Below are positions 18,643 to 27,996 of a DNA stretch of 64,000 nt, in pieces. The notes beneath the pieces were generated by a model. The model worked only from the letters and a program-made list of their open reading frames with translations, did not search any database and was not told the DNA's origin. The DNA lies in assembly GCA_963783305.1 (NCBI GenBank), contig CAWAMW010000017.1, positions 256,001 to 320,000 of the forward strand, in the 5' to 3' direction. The translations under genes and the position numbers were made by a program. Within the stretch, counting starts at the first letter, position 1. Every line of letters starts with the position of its first letter. This DNA is from an uncultured Gemmatimonadales bacterium. Its GTDB lineage: Bacteria; Gemmatimonadota; Gemmatimonadetes; Longimicrobiales; RSA9.

Positions 18643-20432
18643 CAGCCTCCCCCGTCCAGCCCCCGCCTCGCGGCGCTGCGGACGGCGGCATCCGGATCGC
18701 GCTCGGCCAGCTCCTGCAGCCGCTGCCGCCCGCTGACACCCCGGCGCGCGAGGGCGCGGGCCGCGCAGGTCCGGATCCAGGCATCCTCGTCCGCCGCTAC
18801 CCGCGCCAGCGACTCCGGCTCGAGCCCCTCCGCCAGCGCCACCACCTCCCACGCCGCGGCCCGGCGGATATCCAGCTCCGGGTGCTCCAGGAACGGCGCG
18901 AGCACCGGCGCGGCGGCCGGCACACCGAGCTGGCCCAGCGCTCGAATGGCGGCCAGTGTCTCTGCTCGAGTTCCTTTCAGCGCCCGCTCCAGGAGAGGAA
19001 CCGCGCCTTCGTCCCGCGTGAACCCCAGCCCCTCGATGGCGGACAGCCGGGTATCGATCCGCTCCGACTCGAGCGCACGCTCCAGCGCCGGCAGCGCGCC
19101 CGCCCCGGCGCACCGGGCGAGGGATCGCAGGATGGCATCGCGGGCCTCGGCGTCCTCCTCGCGCCCGAGCGCCTCACGCAGGGCGCTCTCCGTCCCCGGG
19201 CTGGCGCAGCGGGAGAGCGCCGCCGCCGCGGCCGCACGCACGGGCGCCGCCGGATCTACGAGGAGCGGCACGAGCGAACTGCACGCCACTTCGCCCAGCG
19301 CGCCCACGGCCTGGATCACCTCCGGCATCACGCCCTCGCGCGTTACTTCGGCTGTCAGCAGATGGAGGGCCTCCCCCGGCTCCGCACGCGCCAGGGCTTC
19401 TGCCGCGGCGCCCCGGACACCCACGTCTGCGTGTTCCAGGAGCGGCACGAGCATGCGGATCCGCCCCCGGTCCCGGAGGGGTGGAAGGAGCGAGAGCCGG
19501 GTCACGAGTTCCCGCTCGTCCGCGTCCTCAAGGTGATCGAGGAGGGCGTCCGCACGGGGCTCTGCCGGCGCTGCAAGCAGTCCGGGGATCGCCGCCTCAC
19601 TCCGCCGGGGCGGGCCGATCAGGTCCACCAGGCACTGGATCGCCTCGTGCGATCCCGCCAGCCCAACCAGTCGGCCGACCGCGGGGTCGTCCTCCTCGAC
19701 AATGGCGTAGCGAAGCGCCTCTTCATCCGCCTGCGCCCCGGCCACGACCCACGCGGGCGCCTCAACGTCGGGGTGCGTGACGAGGACGTGACCGGCGGCC
19801 CTGAGCGCCCGGTCGGGGGCCGTTGCGTATACGCGTTCGAGGACGGGGAGCGCGGCCGGGTCATCGATTCGGGTCAACGCCTCGACGATGGGCTGCTCGA
19901 GCCCGGGCTCCCGAGCCACCAAGTCCAGATGGGGAATGGCGCGCTCGTCCTGGAGGCGGCCGAGGGCGACAATGGCGGCCGCCCGGACCCAGAAGTCCTC
20001 GGTTCGGCTGGTCTCACCAAGCGCCTCGAGGGCGGGGGCGTAGCCAAGCTCCCCGAGTCCGTCTGCGGCGGCCGCGACGACGTTGGGCGATGGGTCGTCG
20101 AGCGCGTCCAGGAGGAGGGGTCCGCTGTCGGGATTCCCCGACTCCCCGAGGGCGGAGGCGGCCAGGACGCGCATACTCTCATCGTCAGACGTGAGGCGCC
20201 TGCGAAGCTCGCGCTGCGCATCCGAGCGCGACGCAGACCCGGGCGACGCGAGGGCGGCCAGGGCCATGCGGGCGGCGGCGCGGCGGGTGGCGTTGTCGTC
20301 GTGGAGGCGCTCACCCAGCTCCTCGACCGCCGTGGAAGGGAGCCCGGCAGCCCGGAGCTCCTCCAGGGCGCGGTGGCGCGTCCACTCGTCCTCGCCCGCG
20401 ATGGCCGCCAGGCGTTGATCCAGATCAGACAC
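18642..20432 (-). CDS. HEAT/PBS-lyase-like repeat protein
   Basis: Many 'VRxxAAxALG' repeats; overlaps both neighbours. Confidence 0.9.
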   Translation of the reverse strand: MSDLDQRLAAIAGEDEWTRHRALEELRAAGLPSTAVEELGERLHDDNATRRAAARMALAALASPGSASRSDAQRELRRRLTSDDESMRVLAASALGESGNPDSGPLLLDALDDPSPNVVAAAADGLGELGYAPALEALGETSRTEDFWVRAAAIVALGRLQDERAIPHLDLVAREPGLEQPIVEALTRIDDPAALPVLERVYATAPDRALRAAGHVLVTHPDVEAPAWVVAGAQADEEALRYAIVEEDDPAVGRLVGLAGSHEAIQCLVDLIGPPRRSEAAIPGLLAAPAEPRADALLDHLEDADERELVTRLSLLPPLRDRGRIRMLVPLLEHADVGVRGAAAEALARAEPGEALHLLTAEVTREGVMPEVIQAVGALGEVACSSLVPLLVDPAAPVRAAAAAALSRCASPGTESALREALGREEDAEARDAILRSLARCAGAGALPALERALESERIDTRLSAIEGLGFTRDEGAVPLLERALKGTRAETLAAIRALGQLGVPAAAPVLAPFLEHPELDIRRAAAWEVVALAEGLEPESLARVAADEDAWIRTCAARALARRGVSGRQRLQELAERDPDAAVRSAARRGLDGGG

Positions 20433-22395
20433 GGAACGTCCGCACCAGCCCGGTGAGTCGGCTTGCCTGCGATGAGAGGTCCTGGGCGGCCTTCACGAGC
20501 TGCTGGACGGCCGCCTGCGCCTCGCGCGCGCCTCCGCTGATCTCCTCGGTGCTCTTCAGGATCAGCTCACCCCCTCGCTTCTGCTCGGCGGTGGCCTCGA
20601 AGACCTCCTGCGTCTGGCGGTTCATCGACTCCACCGCGTTCACGATCTGCCGGCTGCTCAACGCCTGTTCGTGCGTGGCCGTCCGCGACTCCTCCGCAAT
20701 CTGCTGGATGTTGCGCATGGCTTCTCGCGTCTGATCCGCGGCCTGCGTCTGCTGCCGTGTCGCCACGGCCACCTCGTCCATGAGGTCCCGGGTCCGCGTG
20801 GAAGACTCCACGATCCGCTGGAGCACCTCGGCGGCGCGGCTCACGACATCCAGTCCCTCCTCCGTCCGGTTCGCGACCACGCCCGTCGAGTCCACCGCGT
20901 CATCGACCCGTTCCCGGACCGTATCGATCGTGGTCCGGATGTCCCGCGCCGACTCCACCGAACGCTCCGCCAGCCGACGTACTTCCTGTGCGACAACGGC
21001 GAACCCGCGGCCGTGCTCCCCGGCCCGGGCGGCCTCAATGGATGCGTTCAACGCCAGCAGGTTGGTCTGATCGGCGATGTCTTCCATGAGCTCCGAGATC
21101 CTGCCGACCGACTCGCCGGCCTGTCCCAGCTCCTGAATGGTCTGCACCAGCGACGCCATCTCCTGGTGGATGCGCGTCATCCCGCTGTTGACCTGGTCCA
21201 CGGCCGCGCCGCCGGCGGCGGCGTCCGACGCGGCGGCATCCGCGATCTCCCGCGTCTCCGCCACGTGCCGCTCGGCGTGGCTGATGGAGAGCGCCATCTC
21301 CTCCATCGTGGTGGATGTCTCATCCACGGCGGTGCCGAGGCCATCGGCGTTCTCGGCCGTGGACTGGATCGCCTGTCCCATCTGGGAGATGGACGACGAC
21401 GTCTGATCGACCGACGCGGCCAGCCCCTCCGCATTCTCCGCCACGCGCGCAATCTGCGCGGCGATCTCCTCCATGGACGAGGACATGGACTCCGTGGATC
21501 CCACCTGGTTGTCGACGGTGTTGGAGATGTGCTCGGAGGTGGCGGCGATCTGCTCAGCCGCCGACGCCACCTGCGCCGTGGCCTCATCGACCTCGCCCAC
21601 GAGGCCGCGAAGCCGGGCGGCCATGGCATTCAGCGTTCCCACCAGGCGGCCGATCTCGTCATTGCCCGGCGGGTCCAGCTGCCGCGTCAGGTCCCCCCCG
21701 GCCACGGCCTCCGCGAACTCCACCGCCTCTGTCAGCGGGCCGGAGATGCGGCCCGCGATCCACACGGCGACAGCGAGACTCACGGCCATGGCCAGGAGCG
21801 TCAGGAGGAGACTGGCCAGCTGCATCTGGTTGAGGGCCTCCCGCATGGAGGCATGCTCCCGATCGGCCACCTGCCGAGCCTTGTCGTCGAGACGGTCGAT
21901 CGCGGCCTGCGCGCGCGTGGATTCTCGGAGCCCATCGCGCCTGAAGAACGCCGTCAGCGAGTCGTCGGGGATCGTGCCGGCGCGGACGGCGCGGGCCAGC
22001 TCCACGCCGGGGACCGCCACCTCCTCGTCCCACACCTGGGCGAGAATCACCGCGGAGTCGAGTCGAGCGACCTGCGCGGGGTCGGCCACGGACTCGCGCA
22101 GCGCTACTACCCGCTGGTCGAACGAGCTCTCCGCCTCCCGCAGGTCCTCGATGGCGCTCTCGTCGCCAGTGATCACATACTCGCGGAACGCGGCGACCCT
22201 CTCCGACAGGGCCACGCTCATCTCGGCCGTGTGCGTCTGCGAGTCCTCCACCCGCTCCAGCTCCTGTCGGGCAGACTCCAGAGCGGCACCCTGCACGAAG
22301 ACGACCACCCCGATCAGCAGCATCAGCAGCAGCACGATGCCGTAGCCGAACAGGATCTTGTTTCGTACTCGTGTATTCCGGAACCAGTCGAACAT
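20425..22395 (-). CDS. methyl-accepting chemotaxis protein (2 TM, helical CHASE3-like sensor, HAMP, extended signalling domain)
   Basis: '[40 protein letters not shown]'; HAMP 'DEIGRL'. Confidence 0.97.
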   Translation of the reverse strand: MFDWFRNTRVRNKILFGYGIVLLLMLLIGVVVFVQGAALESARQELERVEDSQTHTAEMSVALSERVAAFREYVITGDESAIEDLREAESSFDQRVVALRESVADPAQVARLDSAVILAQVWDEEVAVPGVELARAVRAGTIPDDSLTAFFRRDGLRESTRAQAAIDRLDDKARQVADREHASMREALNQMQLASLLLTLLAMAVSLAVAVWIAGRISGPLTEAVEFAEAVAGGDLTRQLDPPGNDEIGRLVGTLNAMAARLRGLVGEVDEATAQVASAAEQIAATSEHISNTVDNQVGSTESMSSSMEEIAAQIARVAENAEGLAASVDQTSSSISQMGQAIQSTAENADGLGTAVDETSTTMEEMALSISHAERHVAETREIADAAASDAAAGGAAVDQVNSGMTRIHQEMASLVQTIQELGQAGESVGRISELMEDIADQTNLLALNASIEAARAGEHGRGFAVVAQEVRRLAERSVESARDIRTTIDTVRERVDDAVDSTGVVANRTEEGLDVVSRAAEVLQRIVESSTRTRDLMDEVAVATRQQTQAADQTREAMRNIQQIAEESRTATHEQALSSRQIVNAVESMNRQTQEVFEATAEQKRGGELILKSTEEISGGAREAQAAVQQLVKAAQDLSSQASRLTGLVRTFRV

Positions 22396-22398
22396 CCG

Positions 22399-22926
22399 TC
22401 AGTCCTCGCTCGAGTCGGCCTCGGGCGGCGCGGCGGCGCGCCCGAGATGCAGGATCGTCACGACGCCATCGTCGCGCGCCAGTACACCGGTCACCAGCTC
22501 CGGCGGCAGTGCGGCCTCCGCGGCCCTCGGCGGTGGCCTGATCTCCTCCTCCGTGGCGGTGACCAGCGTGTCCACGGCGTCCACCAGGAGCCCCACCATC
22601 GCCCCGGTCTCCTCGTGCCGGACAAGGACCATGCGACCGGGTCGGCGGGCTGGGGTGCCGAGAAGTCGCAGCCCCAGGTCCAGCACCGGGACCACTTCCC
22701 CTCGTACGCTGGTTACGCCCGCCACTTCCGGCTCCGGCAGGGGCAGCCGGCTGATGGGCGGTGTGCGCCCCACCTCGAGCACCTCGTCCACCCACAGTCC
22801 AAAGCGGGCGTCCCCCAGCCGCAGCGCCAGGAGGCCGCGGCGCGCGACCTCCAGATCCGGCCGGTCGCGATCCTCCACCCCGTCCTGTTCCTGAGGGAGG
22901 GTCGGGGTGCCGGGCTCGTTCGTCAC
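22399..22926 (-). CDS. cheW: chemotaxis coupling protein
   Basis: 'GVTSVRGEVVPVLDL', 'GLLVDAV'; GTG at 22926 overlaps the cheY stop; AAGGAG SD. Confidence 0.92.
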   Translation of the reverse strand: MTNEPGTPTLPQEQDGVEDRDRPDLEVARRGLLALRLGDARFGLWVDEVLEVGRTPPISRLPLPEPEVAGVTSVRGEVVPVLDLGLRLLGTPARRPGRMVLVRHEETGAMVGLLVDAVDTLVTATEEEIRPPPRAAEAALPPELVTGVLARDDGVVTILHLGRAAAPPEADSSED

Positions 22927-23306
22927 GCTCGCTCCTTCGGCGCCAGGTCCTCCAGCACCGCGGTGAGATCCGCCGGCGTCCAGGGCTTGCAGAGGTATGC
23001 GTCGGCGCCGGCGTCCGCGGCGGCAGCCTTGTCGGCGTCGGCGCATTCCGTGGAGATCACGACCACGGGCGCATCGATCCCCATCTCGCCCCGCAGGCGG
23101 CGGATGAACTCGATGCCATCCAGCCGGGGCAGGTTCACATCGACGATGAACAGGGACAGGTCCACCTCCTGCGCGGCGCGGTCCAGCCCCTCCACGCCGT
23201 CCTCGGCGAACACGAGCTCGCCGGCCGCATCCTCGAGCACCATGCGATAGAGGCTCCTCATCATCGGACTGTCCTCGACGACCAGGACCTTATCCCAGTG
23301 CGGCAC
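22923..23306 (-). CDS. cheY: single-domain response regulator (CheY-like)
   Basis: 'VLVVEDS', 'DVNLPRLDG', 'IST', 'CKPW'; inside the che operon. Confidence 0.85.
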   Translation of the reverse strand: MPHWDKVLVVEDSPMMRSLYRMVLEDAAGELVFAEDGVEGLDRAAQEVDLSLFIVDVNLPRLDGIEFIRRLRGEMGIDAPVVVISTECADADKAAAADAGADAYLCKPWTPADLTAVLEDLAPKERA

Positions 23307-24912
23307 GTGCTCCTCCAGGGTTTCGCTCGTCGTTGAGCCGGATCAGCTCGCCAGGGTCGAGCATGAGCACCACTCGACCCCCCGGGAGCACGCTGCCCCC
23401 GGACACGAGGCGCGACCGGCGCCCGTAGCGCGGCATCGCTTTCACCACCAGGTCCCGCTGATCGACCAGGCGACTCGCCCTCAGCACGGCGCCCCTCCCT
23501 TCCTGTAGCACCAGCACGCCGAAAGCGCCCGGCCCCGTGGCGGGCCAGCCGAAGAGACGGTCCGGATCCGCGAGCGGATACAGGTCGCCTTCGGTGCGGA
23601 CGACCTCAGTAGGTCCCACCCTCTCGGTCTCTTCCAGCCGGAGGGTGCGCGCCACGTAGGTGGTGGGGAGGGCGAGGAGCTCGCCGCCCGCCTCGAAGAC
23701 CAGGCTCGGGATCACGGCGACCGTCAGCGGGAGGCGCAGAACAAAGCGCGTCCCGCCGTCGTCCGGTCGCTCAACGGAAAGTTCCCCTCGCAGATCCCGT
23801 ACGCTCTGCGAGACCACGTCCAGGCCCACACCGCGACCCGATACCGTGCTCACGTCCGTGCGGGTCGAGAACCCGGGTTGAAAAATCAACTGGATCAGCT
23901 CCCCCTCCGAGAGGGACTCGTCAGGGCGCACCAACTCCAGTCGCAGCGCTCGATCGCGGATCCGCGCCAGGTCCAGGCCCCGGCCGTCGTCCTCCACGTC
24001 GATCCGCACTCGGTCTCCCAACTGCCGGGCGCGTATCCGAACGGTTCCGTGGCGCGGCTTTCCCGCGGCTTCCCGCTCTTCCGGCTCCTGTATCCCGTGG
24101 TCAATGGCGTTGCGCACCAGGTGGAGCAGCGGCTCGGAGAGAGCGTCGGCGGTGCTCTTGTCCACCTCGGTCCCTTCCCCCTCCACCACGAGCCGAGCTT
24201 CCTTCCCCTGCTGTCGGGCCAGGCGCCGGACCAGCGTATGGAAGCGCCCCACCACCCGGTCCAGCGGCACGAGACGGAGCGCCATGACCGACTCCCGCAG
24301 TGAGTCCGCGCGCCGCCGGATGGCCATGGCGAGATCCCCGAGACGCTCGCTCTCCGTGTTCCGGACCTCGGCCTTGAGTCCCGCCGCCTCCCCGAGTAGA
24401 TCACCCACCTCCGCCATGAGCGCGTCCAGCTTTGCGAAGGGAATGCGGACGAGATCGCTCGTCACAGGCACGTCATCAGACGGAGGGTCCACCTCCGACG
24501 GCCGGTCCACGGGCGGATCCGCGGACGAGTCCAGCTGGCCCAGTCGATGCCCGGCCGCACCCAGCTCACGGAACGCCTCGGGCTCCCGGTCACTGCCCGC
24601 CGCCTCCACCGCCGCCCGCAGCGTCGCGATTCCCTTGAACAGCCGCTCCACCAGCCCGTCCGGCCATCGGTGGGGCTCCGCCTTCAGAACGTTCTCGAGG
24701 ACGTGGACAAAGTCGCGAATCGGAGAGAGCCCCAGCATGCCGGCATTGCCCTTGAGCGTGTGGAGCGTACGCATGAGCGCACTGCGGCCCTCCGAGTCGA
24801 GCGCGCCTTCCCGCTCGATCTCCAGAAGTCCCGCATCCACCCGGTCGAGCTGGTCCCGCGCTTCTTCGCGAAACTCGCCGACCAGAGCACCCAGGTCGAA
24901 TGACTCAGCCAA
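23290..24912 (-). CDS. cheA: chemotaxis histidine kinase
   Basis: HPt 'HTLKGNAG', 'PLLHLVRNAIDHG', 'DDGRGL', 'PGFST..VSGRGVGLDVV', C-terminal CheW domain; no P2 or REC domain. Confidence 0.96.
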   Translation of the reverse strand: MAESFDLGALVGEFREEARDQLDRVDAGLLEIEREGALDSEGRSALMRTLHTLKGNAGMLGLSPIRDFVHVLENVLKAEPHRWPDGLVERLFKGIATLRAAVEAAGSDREPEAFRELGAAGHRLGQLDSSADPPVDRPSEVDPPSDDVPVTSDLVRIPFAKLDALMAEVGDLLGEAAGLKAEVRNTESERLGDLAMAIRRRADSLRESVMALRLVPLDRVVGRFHTLVRRLARQQGKEARLVVEGEGTEVDKSTADALSEPLLHLVRNAIDHGIQEPEEREAAGKPRHGTVRIRARQLGDRVRIDVEDDGRGLDLARIRDRALRLELVRPDESLSEGELIQLIFQPGFSTRTDVSTVSGRGVGLDVVSQSVRDLRGELSVERPDDGGTRFVLRLPLTVAVIPSLVFEAGGELLALPTTYVARTLRLEETERVGPTEVVRTEGDLYPLADPDRLFGWPATGPGAFGVLVLQEGRGAVLRASRLVDQRDLVVKAMPRYGRRSRLVSGGSVLPGGRVVLMLDPGELIRLNDERNPGGARAALG

Positions 24913-25068
24913 CGCTGTTCCTCTCGTGAGGCATGGTTCGTGGCCGGGCGATGCGGGAACCGTTCCATGGAGGTCGGACGGGGTTGCTCCCGGAGTGCGA
25001 GCAGGCCAGACTCAACCACACGGATGTGCGCCATCCGGAACCCTGAATCGAGGATGGAGGAAGGACCC

Positions 25069-25473
25069 ATGGCTGAACGGACCGCAAGCTACGCCATTTC
25101 CCGTACCGTCGACCTCTCCTACGAAGAAGCGGACGCGCGGGTGCGCGAGGCCCTGCAGGAGGAAGGCTTCGGCATCCTGACCGAGATCAATGTGGCTGCC
25201 ACGCTGAAGAAGAAGCTGGACGTGAGCTTCCCGCCCTACGAGATCCTCGGGGCGTGCAACCCGCCGATGGCCCACCAGGCGCTGCAGGCCGAGGTGGACG
25301 TCGGCCTGCTCCTCCCGTGCAACGTGGTGGTACGCGCGCTCGAGGACGGCCGTACCGTGGTGGAGGCTATCGACCCGGTGAAGCAGCTGAGCGTCGCGGA
25401 CAACCCGGATCTGCCGGCGCTCGCGGAGGAGGTACGCTCACGAATGGAGCGGGTGATCGCCGCCATCGCCTGA
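25069..25473 (+). CDS. DUF302 family protein
   Basis: 'EEGFGILTEINVAATLKKKL', 'ILGACNP', 'GLLLPCNVVV'; GGAGGAAGG SD before ATG 25069. Confidence 0.92.
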   Translation: MAERTASYAISRTVDLSYEEADARVREALQEEGFGILTEINVAATLKKKLDVSFPPYEILGACNPPMAHQALQAEVDVGLLLPCNVVVRALEDGRTVVEAIDPVKQLSVADNPDLPALAEEVRSRMERVIAAIA

Positions 25474-25481
25474 GCGGTAGA

Positions 25482-25511
25482 GGGAAGACGCGACCTGGGA
25501 AGACGCGACCT
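25482..25511. repeat. 15-bp tandem duplication GGGAAGACGCGACCT x2
   Basis: Direct reading. Confidence 0.9.
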
Positions 25512-25520
25512 TCACCGCAT

Positions 25521-25555
25521 AAAAGAACGACGCCGCCGGAGTGACTCCGGCGGCG
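25521..25555 (-). terminator. intrinsic terminator (minus strand)
   Basis: Perfect 11-bp stem CGCCGCCGGAG/CTCCGGCGGCG followed on the minus strand by TCGTTCTTTT. Confidence 0.75.
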
Positions 25556-25637
25556 CCGTAGAGGTCTGCCGCGATCCTGACGCGATGCCTGCGATCGGCA
25601 CAACGTCAGCCGGACAGCAACTGCGAAAACCTTTCGG

Positions 25638-25703
25638 CTAGGCGCCGATCAAGGGATCGCTTGCCCGTGTCAGGTCGCGGACAGTACTTGGACTTGCAGA
25701 CAA
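25638..25703 (-). CDS. candidate 21-aa small ORF MSASPSTVRDLTRASDPLIGA
   Basis: AGGAGGTGATCC directly before TTG; TAG stop; structured region and terminator downstream. Confidence 0.4.
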   Translation of the reverse strand: MSASPSTVRDLTRASDPLIGA

Positions 25704-25872
25704 GGATCACCTCCTGTTTTCGGTTCAACAAAGGGCGTTGGCACCAGCGGGCTCTCCTGCCCCGCGGTCCATCGGCGGTGCTTTCTGTGGCATCGCCTCC
25801 GGCCCAGTCGCCCCAGCGGCGACGAAACGAAGCTAACGGCGAACATCGTACGGCACAAGGACTTCCCGTCCC

Positions 25873-27138
25873 TCAGGGGCGATCGTGGAATCGTACGTTC
25901 TCGAACCGGTCCCATGGCACGAGCACCAGCGCGCCATCCGCTCGCTCCACGTAGACCCCCCGGTTCCCCTCATCCACGTCGTTGGAGTCGCCAAGAACGA
26001 ACGAGCGGCCGTCCAGCAACGTGACCCGTGACCGGTCGTAGCCCACGCGCTCGATCGCGCCGACCTGCCCCAGCTCCACGTCGAACGCCACGCCGTCCAC
26101 GAGATCGCCATCGAGGATCTCCCAGCCGAACTCCTCGTCATTGTCCCAGCGGATCCAGCCGACCTGCGTTTCACCACCCCTCGCGGCCACGGTGCCCCAG
26201 AGGCGGCCGCTGCGCCGGAACACCGACGGATCCACCTCTGCAGGCGGTCGCTGGAAGTCGACCCGGTCGAACTCGTCCCACTCCACCCGCACCTCTCCCA
26301 GCGCCGGGATGGCCACCATGATGTCCCGGTTGCCATCGTTCACATCGTTCGAGCCCCGGAGCACCAGCTGGCTGCCATCGGTAAGCTCCACCCGGGATGC
26401 GCTCGAGCTCACTCGCTCGATGGCGCGGATCATCGCGAACGGGATCTCGCGATCACCGCCGCGGTCGTCGCCGTCCAGCACATCGCTCGTGAAGAGCTCG
26501 TCCATGTCCCACACCACGTAACCGGTAAAGCGCTCCCCGTCCCGCGTGAGCAGCGTCCCGTACAGACGGTCCCCCCAACGGGACGGCGCCGGGGGCGGGG
26601 TCAGAAAATCGATCACGTCCACGTCCCGCCAGCGGAGCTCGATCTCCCCGCCGCGCGGGTCCTCGACCAGGATCGCATCCACCGACGAGCCGAGGTCACC
26701 GCCCCCGTCGAACTCCACCTCTTCGCCCGACTTCAACAGCAGCCGCGCTCTCGCTCCGCCACGGCGCTCCAGCGAGCTGATGTGACCGAAGCGGATCCCC
26801 GACTGCGACGTGCGGCCGATCTCGTTCCGGCCGCCCGGGATCGTGAACCCGATACCGAAGATCTCGAACCGGGACTCCTCCTCCCGCGGCTCCCACCCCA
26901 GCCGCTCCGCATCCCGACGGTTCCGCTCCGGGATTTCCTTGCTCGCGCTCAATACGTCGAATAAGGCCGACTCATTGCCATCCCAGCGGATGAACCCTTC
27001 ATGGGTGGATCCGTCCGTCGTGATGACACGGCCATAGAGCCGGCTCGGATCTCCCTCCTGCGCCCGGACGTAGCCCGGGAAGAGGAGCGTGGCCGCCAAC
27101 GCAATAGCGCCTGCGGCCGTCAGGGGTGTGCTTCGCAT
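25873..27138 (-). CDS. exported hypothetical protein with three internal repeats
   Basis: Signal peptide (VRA-Q); three copies of 'RL(Y/W)G...G...G(F/Y/W)(I/V)xWD..E'; AAGGAG SD. Confidence 0.85.
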   Translation of the reverse strand: MRSTPLTAAGAIALAATLLFPGYVRAQEGDPSRLYGRVITTDGSTHEGFIRWDGNESALFDVLSASKEIPERNRRDAERLGWEPREEESRFEIFGIGFTIPGGRNEIGRTSQSGIRFGHISSLERRGGARARLLLKSGEEVEFDGGGDLGSSVDAILVEDPRGGEIELRWRDVDVIDFLTPPPAPSRWGDRLYGTLLTRDGERFTGYVVWDMDELFTSDVLDGDDRGGDREIPFAMIRAIERVSSSASRVELTDGSQLVLRGSNDVNDGNRDIMVAIPALGEVRVEWDEFDRVDFQRPPAEVDPSVFRRSGRLWGTVAARGGETQVGWIRWDNDEEFGWEILDGDLVDGVAFDVELGQVGAIERVGYDRSRVTLLDGRSFVLGDSNDVDEGNRGVYVERADGALVLVPWDRFENVRFHDRP

Positions 27139-27313
27139 GGGGAATAATCTCCTTCGGAGTGCACTTCCGTTCTCTGGGGGACCCTACGGGGGGGCCTCGG
27201 CCGCGGTTTCAGCGAGGTCGAGGCCGAGGGAGGCTCGCCCTGCGGGGCTCGCTGCTGGACGGTCGTTCTGCGGGGTCACTATGGGAGCGCTTGCGCGAAC
27301 GGGGTTGCGCGCA

Positions 27314-27359
27314 TTAACCGTGCGGTTTAACCTTCGGGTTAGTTTAACCAACCAGTCAA
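27314..27359. promoter_or_regulatory. probable TetR operator/promoter region
   Basis: AT-rich island with repeated TAACC half-sites: TTAACCGTGCGGTTTAA, TAACCTTCGGGTTA, TTAACCAACCAGTCAA, immediately upstream of tetR. Confidence 0.6.
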
Positions 27360-27369
27360 GGCGGCACGC

Positions 27370-27996
27370 ATGAGCGAGCGGGATCGGGAGGAAGACATCC
27401 TGGATGCGGCGCACCGGGTGTTCCTGCGGCGCGGGACGGCGGCGGCGCGGATGCAGGACATCGCGGACGATGCGGGAGTGAACAAGGCGCTGCTGCACTA
27501 CTACTTCCGGACAAAGGATCAACTGGCGCAGGCGGTGTTCCGGCGAGCGTTCCAGGAGCTTCTGCCGGCGGCGCTGGGGGTACTTCAATCGGAACTGTCG
27601 CTGGAGGCGAAGGTGGAGCGGATCGTGGAGCTCTACATCGACCTTTTGACGGCGACGCCGTTCCTGCCGGGGTACGTGCTGGGTGAGCTGACGCATCATC
27701 CGGAGCGGGTGCGTGAGGTGTTCGCGTCGATCGCGGGGATGCAGCTCGGGGACGTGGGGGAGGCGGTGCGTGCGAAGCTGCGGGAGCAGCTGGCGGAGGG
27801 GTTGGAGTCCGGCTCGTTCCGGGCCATTTCGCCGGAGGACTTCCTGATGAACCTGGTGTCCATGACGATCTTCCCCTTTGCCGCGCAGCCGCTGCTGCAC
27901 CGGATCCTGGGTGTGAGCCCGGAGGGTTTCGCCGAGCTGATGGAGGAGCGCAAGCGAACGCTGCCGGAGTTCTTCATGAAGGCGCTGCGGCCATGA
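27370..27996 (+). CDS. TetR/AcrR family regulator
   Basis: 'ILDAA..VF..G...RMQDIADDAGVNKALLHYYFRTKDQL'. Confidence 0.96.
   Translation: MSERDREEDILDAAHRVFLRRGTAAARMQDIADDAGVNKALLHYYFRTKDQLAQAVFRRAFQELLPAALGVLQSELSLEAKVERIVELYIDLLTATPFLPGYVLGELTHHPERVREVFASIAGMQLGDVGEAVRAKLREQLAEGLESGSFRAISPEDFLMNLVSMTIFPFAAQPLLHRILGVSPEGFAELMEERKRTLPEFFMKALRP

Noticed and set aside
17806..19113. Long N-terminal extensions in the ORF track (cheR, cheW, hybrid kinase, second permease, BNR protein, MATE, arfB, gltA, DUF302)
   Set aside because: They overlap neighbours or are low-complexity; downstream starts have SD sequences, stop-start coupling or clear domain starts
25560..25660. Riboswitch (c-di-GMP or other), or amber readthrough of the small ORF
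   Set aside because: I could not match any known riboswitch consensus by eye; the readthrough product is not protein-like and no pyl genes are seen
25704..25715. GGATCACCTCCT as a 16S rRNA remnant
   Set aside because: Flanks show no rRNA-like sequence; better read as a minus-strand extended SD
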